A stretch of 64,000 nt of DNA from Magnetospirillum sp. WYHS-4 (GTDB taxonomy: Bacteria; Pseudomonadota; Alphaproteobacteria; Rhodospirillales; GLO-3). The notes under the pieces were generated by a model. The model ran no database searches, was not told the origin of the DNA, and saw only the letters and a list, made by a program, of their open reading frames with translations. Every line of letters begins with the position of its first letter. Position 1 is the first letter of the stretch. The stretch spans positions 2,329-66,328 of the forward strand of contig JAMOBD010000006.1 in assembly GCA_039908345.1 (NCBI GenBank). Reading direction: 5' to 3'. Shown here piece after piece: positions 16,568 through 26,339 of this stretch. A program made the position numbers and the translations under genes.

Positions 16568-18855
16568 AGGTATCTCGGCGCCTTGGGAAGGAAGATGGTG
16601 AAGACGGTCAACGCACCGTCGGTTCCGGTACGGCCACGCAGGGTCGACTGGATCTCGATCCGGGCCTGGGAATCGTGGGCTTGCAGGATCTTCCGGGCGA
16701 CCGCCACCCCCAATCCCGTTCCCGGACGCCGGGCGTCGGGATTGGCGGCATGGAGGCGCCGAAAGGGTTCGAAAATGGCCTCCCGCTGCTCTTCCGGGAT
16801 GTGATCGCCCACGTTGGACACGGCAATGGCCCAGCCGCCGGCCCGATACGGCTTGACGTCGATCTGTACGATCTGATCCCGATAGGAATACTTGACCGCG
16901 TTTTCGATGATGTTGAACAGCAGGATGTAGACGAGATCGCGATCCATCTTGCCGGTTCGCGAAGGCTTGGGCAGCATATGACCATTGACGATGATGTCGA
17001 GCCCCCGCCGCTCCGCCTCCGGCCGCAGGCAGAGGGTGACCTCGGCAATCAGGTCGAGGATGTCGCAGTCGATCACCTTCAGCGACTCCGGCGCGATGCG
17101 GTCCAGGATGAAGCGGGATTCGTCGACCAGGATGCGCGTCTTCTCGGCGAACAGGCGGGCCCGCGCCAGGCTTTTATGGAACCGGGCACTATCGACCAGG
17201 CGCCGGAAAGCCAGCGAGGGGTCCCGGTCCTTGAAATTCCGCCACCTAGTGTTGGCCACGGTCATATGGCCGATCATTCCCTGCAGCCCCGAGCGGACAT
17301 TGTGGCGAATTTGAATCAGGTCCTCGACCTTGCTTTTCATGTGGTGCTTGTCGGACAGGAAGCGGGCGACTTCCCGGCAGAGGTAGCGGACGATGTCCCG
17401 CTTGTACCCCGGCAGCCAGGGGTCCATGATGCCGACCGCCATGACCGCCTTCCGATTGTCGATATCGAAAAGCTTCTGAATCAGAACGGCCTGGCCGTTC
17501 GGCAGATTCGCCACCCCGTCGGGCCAATGGACGGTGCGGCGCAGGTCGTCTTCCAGGGTCTGGAACCGAGCGTCGCTCAGCGTGACCTGCCCGTCCGCAT
17601 CCACGATGGCGCTGAACTGGGTTTCCGGAATGGTTTCCGCCAACAGGTCGAAGGCCACCCTGGGCTCGAAGTTGTCGGAAGTCCCGATTTCCGCCAGTCG
17701 CCGCGCAATGCCCTGCAGCGCCCCTTGCAGGGTCGCCACGGGAACGATGTTCGACAAGGCTTCGGCGATCTTCTCCACCATTTTCTGATCGGTCTCGCTG
17801 AAGGCCGTGTAGACGCGGCTGAGGGGATTCTTCTTGAACGCCTGAATCAGGCAGATCACGCCCTTTTCCGACTTGTCCGGCTCCAGCCCCACCGCATCCA
17901 CCAGGACCGGCACACACATCCAGGACAGGCGATGTCCGGGGCGCAGTACACTCTGGAATCCGGAGGGCGTGGGCCCGAACAGGGTCTCCATCTCGGCGAC
18001 GTCCAACCGATCCCGCACCCGCACCGATTTCCTGTTCTGCCAAACCTGGCGGAGAAACGGGTTGTTTTCGATGGGGGGAACCCGAAGCTTGGGCGGATGT
18101 GGCGCCGAATACGCGACAACCCCGGACGCCTGGGAGATGTGGGGATAGGATATCGTGCAAAGCGCAGCCCGCGTATCGCGCCGCACGATGGCGGCCGCCG
18201 CTTTCAGCGTCGCATCGATGTCGCCGCGACCGCCTTCCAGGGAGTTCAGTTCCGAAAGCGCGTTCCAGATGCGATGGTTGCGGCTGTTCTCGATCTTGCC
18301 GGCGATGGCCGTGACCAGGGCGCGGCAGGCCTCCGGCAGGCTCTCGCTACGGTGGGGCATGACGATCTGGATCACCCCCAGCGGCTTCCCCGCCTTTTCG
18401 GGATCGTGGCTTTCCAGCGGCAGGAATTCTTCGGCAAGGGCCGTAACATCGGCGCCCTTCCCCGCCAACCATCCCCCGATAACCGCGTTGCCCCGGAAGG
18501 ACAACCGGCCATGAAGCTTGTCCATGTCCGCGGCGTCGGCATCTCCTAGGCACAGGTGGCATCCTTCCAGCCCGCGAGCCACGACCCCGATGGACGCGCC
18601 GCCCTTGTCCAATTCCTTGGCGTAGACCTGATCCAGGCGGATTTCCGGCCCGGAAGCGCCGCTGTCGAACAGCCACTGGAAAAGAAACACCCGAGGCGTT
18701 TCCAGGAGATCGGCCATGAATCTCAGGAGTTCAAGGCGTTCCTCGGTCAACGAGACGCTGGAAAACGGCTGGCTGATCAGTGAAACCAACTTATCGAGGT
18801 TAAGCGTCGCACCGCCGCTTTTTCTCGGGGACAATGAAAACATCCCACACCCCAT
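16564..18855 (-). CDS. soluble sensor histidine kinase with a long GAF-like N-terminal region
   Basis: ORF 16564..18855. No hydrophobic TM segment seen. H-box IQIRHNVRSGL, N-box FNIIENAVKYS, G-boxes SNVGDHI and GTGLGVAVARKI. Start could also be ATG 18843. Confidence 0.8.
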   Translation of the reverse strand: MGCGMFSLSPRKSGGATLNLDKLVSLISQPFSSVSLTEERLELLRFMADLLETPRVFLFQWLFDSGASGPEIRLDQVYAKELDKGGASIGVVARGLEGCHLCLGDADAADMDKLHGRLSFRGNAVIGGWLAGKGADVTALAEEFLPLESHDPEKAGKPLGVIQIVMPHRSESLPEACRALVTAIAGKIENSRNHRIWNALSELNSLEGGRGDIDATLKAAAAIVRRDTRAALCTISYPHISQASGVVAYSAPHPPKLRVPPIENNPFLRQVWQNRKSVRVRDRLDVAEMETLFGPTPSGFQSVLRPGHRLSWMCVPVLVDAVGLEPDKSEKGVICLIQAFKKNPLSRVYTAFSETDQKMVEKIAEALSNIVPVATLQGALQGIARRLAEIGTSDNFEPRVAFDLLAETIPETQFSAIVDADGQVTLSDARFQTLEDDLRRTVHWPDGVANLPNGQAVLIQKLFDIDNRKAVMAVGIMDPWLPGYKRDIVRYLCREVARFLSDKHHMKSKVEDLIQIRHNVRSGLQGMIGHMTVANTRWRNFKDRDPSLAFRRLVDSARFHKSLARARLFAEKTRILVDESRFILDRIAPESLKVIDCDILDLIAEVTLCLRPEAERRGLDIIVNGHMLPKPSRTGKMDRDLVYILLFNIIENAVKYSYRDQIVQIDVKPYRAGGWAIAVSNVGDHIPEEQREAIFEPFRRLHAANPDARRPGTGLGVAVARKILQAHDSQARIEIQSTLRGRTGTDGALTVFTIFLPKAPRYL

Positions 18856-19056
18856 GCCGCATGCCGCACCACTATTGACTATAACAATTTCGCAATAAAA
18901 TTCCAGAGGTTAGTTCATGTGCGATTTTACGCCCTTTTGGCTTGCATTCGCAGCCAAGGAAAGGAGGCCGGGCGACAGGCCGACGCGCGCGCTTCAGACA
19001 CGAATAGGGGAGGAGCACCGGCCCCTCCCCTTCGCAAAGCAGGTCCGAAGACCCTA

Positions 19057-20241
19057 TTACTTCTTCAGCCCGGCGTAGTAGGCCTGCAGGACCTTGACCA
19101 CTTCGGGGCGGCTGAATTCGGGCGGGATGTCCTCGCCCTTGGACAGCATCTCGCGCTGCTTGGTGCCGGAGATGTTGACCTGGTCTTCCTTGCCGTGCGG
19201 GCAGGTCTTGGCGGTGGCCATGCCGTAGCACTTCTTGCAATAGAACGTGATGTCGATCTTCAGCGGCTTGGTGTCCATGGCGCCCGGCCACAGGGTGTCG
19301 AAGATGTGCTGGGCATCGAACGGGCCATAGTAGTCGCCGACGCCGGCATGGTCGCGCCCGACGATCAGGTGCGAACAGCCGAAGTTCTGGCGGATCACCG
19401 CGTGGATCAGGGCCTCGCGCGGGCCGGCGTAGCGCATCTCGATCGGATAGCCGGCCTGGATCACCGTGCCCTTGACGAAGTAGTTGTCGATCATCGTCTG
19501 GATGGCGACGGTACGGGTCTCGGCCGGAATATCGCCTTCCTTCAGCTTGCCCAGCACCTGGTGGATGAACACGCCGTCGGTGACTTCGACCGCGATCTTC
19601 GCCAGGTGCTCGTGGGAACGGTGCATCGGGTTGCGGGTCTGGAAGGCGGCCACGGTGGACCAGCCCTTTTCCGCGAACATGGCGCGGCTTTCGGCCGGGC
19701 GGAAGTAGAGCCCCTTGTACTTGGTGGGATACTCGCCTTCGGACAGCGCCATCACGCGCCCGCCCAGGTTGACGGCCTTCTGACCCATGACCTTCTGCAC
19801 GCCGGGGTGCGCCATGTCGGCGGTGCGGAAGACGTGCTCGCACTCGAACTTCTTGTCGGCGTCCGAAAGCTCGTACTTCTCGGTCACCGTCATGACGCCC
19901 ATGATCTCGCCGTTTTCCTCGTCGACCAGGGCGACTTCCTCGCCGTCGCCGATGGAATCGGCCAGGGCCTTGTCCGCCGAAAGCGTGATGGGGATCGGCC
20001 AGAACAGGCCACCCGCCATCTTCATGTCGGCGCAAACGCCCTTCCAGTCGGCCTTGCCCATGAAGCCGTCGAGCGGCGTGTAGGCGCCCATGGCGAACAT
20101 GATGACGTCGGATGTCTCGCGGCTGGTCATCGGAACCTTCTTCAGGTTCTGAGCCCGCTTGATTTCCTCGGCGCGCTGGACTTCCGGATAAATGAGAGGC
20201 TTCAACTCACCGCCGCCGTGCGGCGCAACCAGCTTGGACAT
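19057..20241 (-). CDS. sat: sulfate adenylyltransferase (ATP sulfurylase)
   Basis: ORF 19057..20241. Motifs [11 protein letters not shown] and GRDHAGVG. Confidence 0.9.
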   Translation of the reverse strand: MSKLVAPHGGGELKPLIYPEVQRAEEIKRAQNLKKVPMTSRETSDVIMFAMGAYTPLDGFMGKADWKGVCADMKMAGGLFWPIPITLSADKALADSIGDGEEVALVDEENGEIMGVMTVTEKYELSDADKKFECEHVFRTADMAHPGVQKVMGQKAVNLGGRVMALSEGEYPTKYKGLYFRPAESRAMFAEKGWSTVAAFQTRNPMHRSHEHLAKIAVEVTDGVFIHQVLGKLKEGDIPAETRTVAIQTMIDNYFVKGTVIQAGYPIEMRYAGPREALIHAVIRQNFGCSHLIVGRDHAGVGDYYGPFDAQHIFDTLWPGAMDTKPLKIDITFYCKKCYGMATAKTCPHGKEDQVNISGTKQREMLSKGEDIPPEFSRPEVVKVLQAYYAGLKK

Positions 20242-20401
20242 GATGTCTCCCCTAGCGAATTGGTAGCGTCTGAATTCCCAAACTTGACCCGCCCGCCACC
20301 GCGATTCGCGGCCTCCTCCGGCGGTCGGCAGGACGGTTTTACCAGAACCCTCCGCCCCCGACCACCGTTAAATTACCAATTGCTAATAAACAGGAAGACG
20401 G

Positions 20402-21682
20402 TCAGACGCACTTGCGGATATAGGGCTTGTTGATCTCCCAGAGTTCGTCCAGCAGGGCGGCGGCGGCGGTGGTGGAATTGATGACGGGATCGACCAGCAA
20501 GGCCTGGAGCGCCAAGTCCTTGTCGGCATGCACGGCGGCCTCGACGGCCAATTGCTGTACGCTGGCCTGCTGCAGGAGCAGCTTGGCGATGGGATCGGGC
20601 AAAGGGCCAAGGGAGACCGGATGAACACCGCCCGCGTCGACCACGACCGGCACCTCGACGGCCAAGTCGGCGGGCAGGTTGGGGATGGCGCCCTGGTTGT
20701 AGACGATGGCCGATTCGACGACCCGGTGCCGGTTGTTGAGGATACCCTCGATCACGTGGACGCCCCGTTCTCCCGACGAGGTCAGCCAGTCGCCCGGCAG
20801 GGGCTCGTCGCGGTCCAGCACGCCATCGAGGGCCTTCTTCAGGCTGGCGCGGTTGCCTTCGTCCCAGGTGAAGTCGTAGCCGTGCTCGCCCCCCTCCCAG
20901 CCGAAGGCCACGTACTCGCCCATGTGGTCGTCGCTGCAGGTCGGCCAGTGGCCGAAGGCCTTGAGCAGTCGGCGCGACAGAGGCATGTGCTTGGGATCGT
21001 GGGATTTCTCCTTCTCGCGCAGCAGGGGATAGAGATCCTCGCCGGTCGCCTTGTCGCGCAGTTGCAGCACCCACTGGAAATGGTTCAGCCCGGCCGCCCA
21101 GACGTCCAGGCTGAAGAAGTCGCGCCCCAGCACGTAGGCGATGTCGCCGGTGGACATGAAGATGCCGTGGCAGAGCCCGATGGTCTTGACCTTGGTGTAT
21201 TTGTTGAGGGCCAGAACGATGCGGCTTTCCGGGTTGGAGAAGTTGATGAACTGGGCGTCGGGGCAGAGTTCCTCGATGTCGCGGGCGAAGTCGAAGACCA
21301 AAGGCAGGGTGCGCAGGGTGAAGAACAGTCCGCCCGGCCCGCCGTTCTCGCCCAGGGTATGGCGGATGCCGTGCTTCTTGGGGATGGCGAAGTCCTGCTT
21401 CCACAGCCGGTTGCGGTCGATGGCCACCGAACTCATCACGAACCCGGCCCCGTCCAGGGCGGCGCGGCGGTCGGCGGTCTTTTCGATCTTCATCCCGGTG
21501 CCGGAGCGAGCGTTCATGATCTCCGCCAGCCGGGTCATGCGATCCAGGGCTTCCGGATTGCTGTCGACCAGGGTCAACGTGCTGCCGGCCAGGTCCCTGC
21601 ACAGGAACAGGTCGCGGAACATGCTGAGCCCGAAGGACATGCTGCCGGCGCCGATGAAGACGATCTTGGTGGTGTTGGCCAT
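20402..21682 (-). CDS. glycoside hydrolase family 4 (NAD/Mn-dependent alpha-glucosidase/galactosidase-like)
   Basis: ORF 20402..21727 trimmed to [18 protein letters not shown] (Rossmann N-terminus). GLCHG motif. Confidence 0.8.
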   Translation of the reverse strand: MANTTKIVFIGAGSMSFGLSMFRDLFLCRDLAGSTLTLVDSNPEALDRMTRLAEIMNARSGTGMKIEKTADRRAALDGAGFVMSSVAIDRNRLWKQDFAIPKKHGIRHTLGENGGPGGLFFTLRTLPLVFDFARDIEELCPDAQFINFSNPESRIVLALNKYTKVKTIGLCHGIFMSTGDIAYVLGRDFFSLDVWAAGLNHFQWVLQLRDKATGEDLYPLLREKEKSHDPKHMPLSRRLLKAFGHWPTCSDDHMGEYVAFGWEGGEHGYDFTWDEGNRASLKKALDGVLDRDEPLPGDWLTSSGERGVHVIEGILNNRHRVVESAIVYNQGAIPNLPADLAVEVPVVVDAGGVHPVSLGPLPDPIAKLLLQQASVQQLAVEAAVHADKDLALQALLVDPVINSTTAAAALLDELWEINKPYIRKCV

Positions 21683-21696
21683 GGTTCGCCTCGCGG

Positions 21697-21724
21697 ACTG
21701 GAAGGGGAAAAGTCCCCTTCCAGT
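21697..21724 (-). promoter_or_regulatory. perfect 12-bp stem / 4-nt loop hairpin in the 5' leader of the GH4 gene
   Basis: ACTGGAAGGGGA-aaag-TCCCCTTCCAGT, 15 nt upstream of ATG 21682. Confidence 0.4.
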
Positions 21725-21893
21725 CATCTCCTATTTCGTATCGCCATTTCAAGGGCGAGCTTCGCCGGGGCAGGGCGAACCCGATTACCCTGGACGGGAG
21801 ATGGGGTTGTCTTTATATTAGAAATCCGGGATATAAAAGGGAATGCGCATCGCCTACGGGAACGGGCGCGGCCGGAGAGGCGGGGAGTCGCGA

Positions 21894-22292
21894 ATGTACA
21901 GAAGAGTCAACAACAGCCGCTATGTGGTCTTTGGCATCGGCGGCATCGTCCTGGTGATGAGCGTCTTCACCTGGGTGATGTACGGCATGGCCCAGCGCGT
22001 GGTCACCATGACCGAGGTGATGCTGCAAATGGGCAACAACGTGCAGATCATGACCGACGTCCAGAAGCAGATGGCCGCGGACATCAACGGCATGAATGTC
22101 TCGATGATCCACATCGACGAGAAGATGGGCCGCATGGACGCCTCGATAAAGCGCATGACCCAGGACGTCACCGTGATGGCGGCGAACACCAGCAACATCA
22201 CCGCCAACATGGCCCGCATGTCCTGGGACCTGGGGCGGACCACCCATATGTTCTCCTCGCCGATGAACTACATGATGGGCATGGTGCCGTAG
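21894..22292 (+). CDS. small methionine-rich membrane-anchored protein (unknown function)
   Basis: ORF 21843..22292 trimmed to MYRRV (ATG 21894 behind GGGGAG). One hydrophobic helix (VVFGIGGIVLVMSVFTWVMYGM), then a Met-rich helical region. Confidence 0.55.
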   Translation: MYRRVNNSRYVVFGIGGIVLVMSVFTWVMYGMAQRVVTMTEVMLQMGNNVQIMTDVQKQMAADINGMNVSMIHIDEKMGRMDASIKRMTQDVTVMAANTSNITANMARMSWDLGRTTHMFSSPMNYMMGMVP

Positions 22293-22296
22293 TCCG

Positions 22297-23421
22297 CTAC
22301 GGCATCAGCATCTCCGTCGCCTCGACATAGTCGCCCATCAGCCCCAGCCCTTCGGCTACCGGGCGACAGGTTAGCTTTCCCCGCGCCACGTTGAGTCCGG
22401 CCGCCAGGTGCCGGTCTTCCTTCAGCGCCCGCCGCCAGCCCTTGCCCGCCAAGGCGAGAACGAAGGGCAGGGTGGCGTTGTTGAGCGCGTAGGACGAGGT
22501 GTGGGGCACCGCGCCCGGCATGTTGGTCACGCAGTAGTGCACCACGCCTTCTTCCAGGTAGGTCGGATCGGCGTGGGTGGTGGGGCGCGAGGTCTCGGCG
22601 CAGCCGCCCTGGTCGATGCTGACGTCGACGAAGGCCGATCCCGGCTTCATGCGCCCCATCAGGGCGCGCGGGATCAGCTTCGGCGCCTCGGCCCCCGGCA
22701 CCAGCACGGCGCCGATGACCAGATCGGCGTCGACGACGTAGGATTCCACCGTCTCGACGTTGGAATGCACGCACTTGAGCCGGCCCTCGAAGCGTTCCGC
22801 CAGATGGCGGAGCCGGTCGGTGTCGCGATCCAGCACCGTGACGTCGGCGCCCATGCCGACGGCGATCAGGGCGGCGTTGGCGCCCACCACGCCGCCACCC
22901 AGGATGGACACCTTGGCCGGGGCCACGCCGGGTACGCCGCCGGGAAGGATGCCTCGCCCACCCTGTTCCTTTTCCAGGCAACGGGCGCCGGCCTGGAGCG
23001 CCATGCGTCCCGCCACCTCGGACATGGGGGCCAGCAGCGGCAGGCCGCCTTTGGACGATGTCACGGTCTCGTAAGCGATGCAGACGGCGCCGCCGGCCAT
23101 CAGGTCGCTGGTCTGGGCCGGATCGGGGGCGAGATGCAGGTAGGCGAAGAGGACTTGCCCTTCCCTCAGGCGGCGCCGCTCGTGGGGCTGGGGCTCCTTG
23201 ACCTTGACGATAAGATCGGCGCGGGCGAAAACCTCCTCGGCCGTGTCGACCACCTCCGCCCCGATGGCCAGGTATTCGGCGTCCGGGTGGCCGATGCCGC
23301 CGGCGGCGCCGGCTTCGACGATCACCCGGTGGCCTGCCGCCACCGCCTCGCGCGCGCTGGCCGGCAGCAGGCCGACCCGGTACTCGTGGACCTTGATCTC
23401 CTTGGGGACGCCGATCAACAT
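22297..23421 (-). CDS. ald: alanine dehydrogenase
   Basis: ORF 22297..23421. [19 protein letters not shown]-terminus and NAD fold ILGGGVVG. Confidence 0.9.
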   Translation of the reverse strand: MLIGVPKEIKVHEYRVGLLPASAREAVAAGHRVIVEAGAAGGIGHPDAEYLAIGAEVVDTAEEVFARADLIVKVKEPQPHERRRLREGQVLFAYLHLAPDPAQTSDLMAGGAVCIAYETVTSSKGGLPLLAPMSEVAGRMALQAGARCLEKEQGGRGILPGGVPGVAPAKVSILGGGVVGANAALIAVGMGADVTVLDRDTDRLRHLAERFEGRLKCVHSNVETVESYVVDADLVIGAVLVPGAEAPKLIPRALMGRMKPGSAFVDVSIDQGGCAETSRPTTHADPTYLEEGVVHYCVTNMPGAVPHTSSYALNNATLPFVLALAGKGWRRALKEDRHLAAGLNVARGKLTCRPVAEGLGLMGDYVEATEMLMP

Positions 23422-23484
23422 GGGGAACCTCCTGTCCCATGATTGGCCTTGACGGGCCTTCGTTCAAGGCCCTACGGAAAAGAC

Positions 23485-24780
23485 ATGAGCAGCAACAGCC
23501 TTGCCGAACACTGGATGCCCTACACGGCCAACCGCGACTTCAAGGCCGCGCCGCGCCTGTTCGTCAAGGCGGATGGCGTCTGGTACACCGACCACGCGGG
23601 CCGCCGGGTGCTCGACGGCTGTTCGGGCCTGTTCTGCGTTCCGGCCGGCCACGCCCGCCGCGAGATCGCCCAGGCCATCCACGACCAGGTGCTGGAGATC
23701 GACTACATCTCCCATTACCAGATCGGCGCGCCGCCCGCCTTCGAACTGGCCCGCCGCCTGGCCGCGCTCACGCCCGGCGATCTGAACCGGCTGTTCTTCA
23801 CCTCCTCGGGCTCGGACGCGGTGGACACGGCGCTGAAGATCGCACTCGCCTACCACCGGGCGCGGGGCGAAGGGCGGCGGCTCAAGGTGGTGGCGCGCGA
23901 GCGGGCCTTTCACGGCGCCACCCTGGCCGGTACCACCCTGGGCGGTCTGGTCAACAACCGGCGCGCCTTCGGCATCGAGATTCCCGGTGTTCTGCACATG
24001 CGCCACACCGGCCTGCCCGCCAACGCCTTTTGCCGCGGCCAACCGGAGGAAGGGGGCGACCTCGCCGACGACCTCAAGCGCTTCATCGACCACCATGGCG
24101 CGGAAACCATCGCCGCCTGCATCGTCGAGCCCATCGCCGGTTCCACCGGCGCCCTGGTGGCGCCCCGGGGCTACCTGGAACGCCTGCGGAGCCTTTGCGA
24201 CGAACACGGCATCCTGCTGATCTTCGACGAGGTCATCACCGGCTTCGGCCGAACCGGTTCCGCCTTCGCCGCCCAGGAATTCGGCGTCGTCCCCGACATC
24301 GTGACGATGGCCAAGGCGCTGACCAACGGCTGCATGCCCATGGGCGCCGTGGCAGTGCGGGAGGGCATCCACGACGCTATTGTCGATTCCGCACCGGCGG
24401 GCGCCATCGAGTTCTTCCACGGCCATACGGCTTCCGGCCACCCGGTGGCCGCCGCCGCCGCCTTGGCGACGTTGGGAATCTATGAAAATGAAGGCCTGTT
24501 CGCCCGCGCCGTCCGTCTGTCCCCGATCTTTCTGGACGCGGTTTTCGGGCTGCGGGACCTGCCGGCGGTCAAGGGATTGCGGGGCCAAGGGATGATGGCC
24601 GCCTTCGATCTGGCGCCTGGGCGGGGCGTCGGGGCCATGAAGGCCCTGTTCGACGCCGGCCTGCACGTCAAGTTCACCGGCGATACCGGCATTCTCGCCC
24701 CGCCCTTCGTCATCGACGAGGACGGCTTGGCGCGGATGGCCCACATCCTGCGGGACGTCCTGGAAAAAACCGAGGCCTGA
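23485..24780 (+). CDS. class III (omega) aminotransferase, beta-alanine/omega-amino acid:pyruvate type
   Basis: ORF 23443..24780 trimmed to MSSNSLAEHWMPYT. PLP-lysine region DIVTMAKALTNG and FDEVITGFGRTG. Confidence 0.85.
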   Translation: MSSNSLAEHWMPYTANRDFKAAPRLFVKADGVWYTDHAGRRVLDGCSGLFCVPAGHARREIAQAIHDQVLEIDYISHYQIGAPPAFELARRLAALTPGDLNRLFFTSSGSDAVDTALKIALAYHRARGEGRRLKVVARERAFHGATLAGTTLGGLVNNRRAFGIEIPGVLHMRHTGLPANAFCRGQPEEGGDLADDLKRFIDHHGAETIAACIVEPIAGSTGALVAPRGYLERLRSLCDEHGILLIFDEVITGFGRTGSAFAAQEFGVVPDIVTMAKALTNGCMPMGAVAVREGIHDAIVDSAPAGAIEFFHGHTASGHPVAAAAALATLGIYENEGLFARAVRLSPIFLDAVFGLRDLPAVKGLRGQGMMAAFDLAPGRGVGAMKALFDAGLHVKFTGDTGILAPPFVIDEDGLARMAHILRDVLEKTEA

Positions 24781-25016
24781 GCGCCTTCCCCGTGTCCGGC
24801 GTCGTCCGGACCCGCCATGTGGTTTCGCCTCCAAAAAAACCAACCGGTCGGGTTCTTTGCGTGACGTCTTGGCTGCATGTATATATCGTGTGAAAATGTT
24901 GTATACGCATACAACATATTGATTTCGTGTGCAGGTGCGAGCCTCGTTCGATTCGGTCGGTCGCGGGGGGCATGTTTTCCCTGGGAATTCTTCTGCGGCG
25001 GCGGCATTCTGGGGGC

Positions 25017-25481
25017 ATGAGTGAAACATCGGCTCCGCGCCTTGCCCAACTGGGCGCCAGGATCGACCTGCCGGCCTCGCCCGAGGCGGCGGTGCTGGAA
25101 TGCGTGCCCAATCCCCATCCCGGCGAAACCTATCTGGTGCGCTTCACGGCGCCTGAGTTCACCTCGCTCTGTCCCGTGACCGGACAACCGGATTTCGCCC
25201 ATCTGGTGCTGGACTACGTACCGGCCGGGAAGCTGGTGGAAAGCAAGTCGCTGAAGCTCTACCTGGGAAGCTTCCGCAACCACGGCGGCTTTCACGAGGA
25301 CTGCACCCTCGCCATCGCCAAGAAGGTCCGTGTGGCCGCGGGGCCGCTGTGGCTGCGCATCGGCGGCTACTGGTATCCGCGCGGCGGGATTCCCATCGAC
25401 GTGTTCTGGCAGTCGGGGCCGCCGCCCGCCGGGCTGTGGCTGCCCGACCAGGGCGTGCCGGGCTACCGGGGGCGCGGGTAA
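25017..25481 (+). CDS. queF: NADPH-dependent 7-cyano-7-deazaguanine reductase QueF (unimodular type)
   Basis: ORF 24927..25481 trimmed to MSETSAP. Motifs [13 protein letters not shown] and ESKSLKLYL. Confidence 0.9.
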   Translation: MSETSAPRLAQLGARIDLPASPEAAVLECVPNPHPGETYLVRFTAPEFTSLCPVTGQPDFAHLVLDYVPAGKLVESKSLKLYLGSFRNHGGFHEDCTLAIAKKVRVAAGPLWLRIGGYWYPRGGIPIDVFWQSGPPPAGLWLPDQGVPGYRGRG

Positions 25482-25491
25482 GGGCGGGACC

Positions 25492-26232
25492 ATGTGGACC
25501 GACGCGGTCGACTTGCGGGACTTCTACGCCACCAGCCTGGGGCGGGTGGCGGGGCGGGTCATCGCCAACCAAGTGCGCCAGATATGGCCCGACGTCAAAG
25601 GGATGAACGTCCTGGGCCTGGGCTTCGCCACGCCCTTCCTCAACCCCTTCCGCAACGAGGCGGCGCGGCTGCTGGCGGCCATGCCGGCCCAGCAGGGCGT
25701 GCTGCCCTGGCCGACGGAGGGGCGCAACCTGACGACCCTTGTGGACGAAGCCGACCTGCCGTTTCCCGACCTGTCCATGGACCGGGTATTGCTCGTCCAC
25801 GGCCTGGAATGCGCCGAACCTCTGCGTCCCATGATGCGCGAGATCTGGCGGGTGCTGGCCGGCGGAGGCCGGCTATTGGTGGTGGTGCCCAACCGGCGCG
25901 GGCTCTGGGCCCGTTTCGAGCGCAGCCCATTCGGCCACGGCCGGCCCTATTCATCGGGCCAGCTTTCCCGCGCCTTGCGCGATTGCCTGTTCACCCCGGC
26001 CCAGTCCTACCCGGCATTGTTCGTCCCGCCCTTGCGCTCGCGCACGGTTCTGAGTACGGCCCGCGCATGGGAAACCCTGGGTCAGCGCTGGTTCCCGGCG
26101 TTCGGTGGGGTAGTGATGATCGAGGCCACCAAACAGATCTACGCCGGCCACCTCGCCACCCCCCTGCCCAAACGCGCCAAGGGCTACCTCCCTTTAGCGC
26201 AAAGACGCACGACACCGCAGGCGAGGGGGTAG
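25492..26232 (+). CDS. class I SAM-dependent methyltransferase
   Basis: 3' part of ORF 25330..26232 from MWTDAVDLRDFY. VLGLGFATP (motif I-like) and the DRVLLVHGLE...LAGGGRLLVVVPN pattern. Confidence 0.7.
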   Translation: MWTDAVDLRDFYATSLGRVAGRVIANQVRQIWPDVKGMNVLGLGFATPFLNPFRNEAARLLAAMPAQQGVLPWPTEGRNLTTLVDEADLPFPDLSMDRVLLVHGLECAEPLRPMMREIWRVLAGGGRLLVVVPNRRGLWARFERSPFGHGRPYSSGQLSRALRDCLFTPAQSYPALFVPPLRSRTVLSTARAWETLGQRWFPAFGGVVMIEATKQIYAGHLATPLPKRAKGYLPLAQRRTTPQARG

Positions 26233-26273
26233 GCGAGGCGATTCGTAATCAGCCGTTGATTGCTGATGACACA

Positions 26274-26279
26274 TATAAT
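26274..26279 (+). promoter_or_regulatory. candidate -10 hexamer (TATAAT) just outside the left inverted repeat
   Basis: Perfect TATAAT 55 nt upstream of ATG 26335. No well-spaced -35 found (TTGATT is only 12 nt away). Confidence 0.3.
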
Positions 26280-26313
26280 ATACCATGCGATGGAGTTTAG
26301 GGTATGTATGAAA

Positions 26314-26339
26314 GATAACTAAGAATTATCGAAGATGGA
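26314..26339. repeat. left copy of a perfect 26-bp inverted repeat (GATAACTAAGAATTATCGAAGATGGA)
   Basis: Exact reverse complement of 32005..32030. Contains the ATG (26335) of the STAND gene and an internal dyad GATAA-N7-TTATC. Confidence 0.95.

Noticed and set aside
14718-18855. Calling the cyclase operon a Pycsar (or CBASS-like) system
   Set aside because: No cNMP-binding or TIR/TM effector gene is adjacent, and the partners are a kinase and a receiver. Cyclase specificity cannot be read from the sequence. It is reported only as an unclassified module.
24781-25016. preQ1 riboswitch upstream of queF
   Set aside because: I could not find the conserved preQ1-I/II core sequences or the pseudoknot arrangement. 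Only a simple palindrome is present. A covariance-model scan is needed to be sure.
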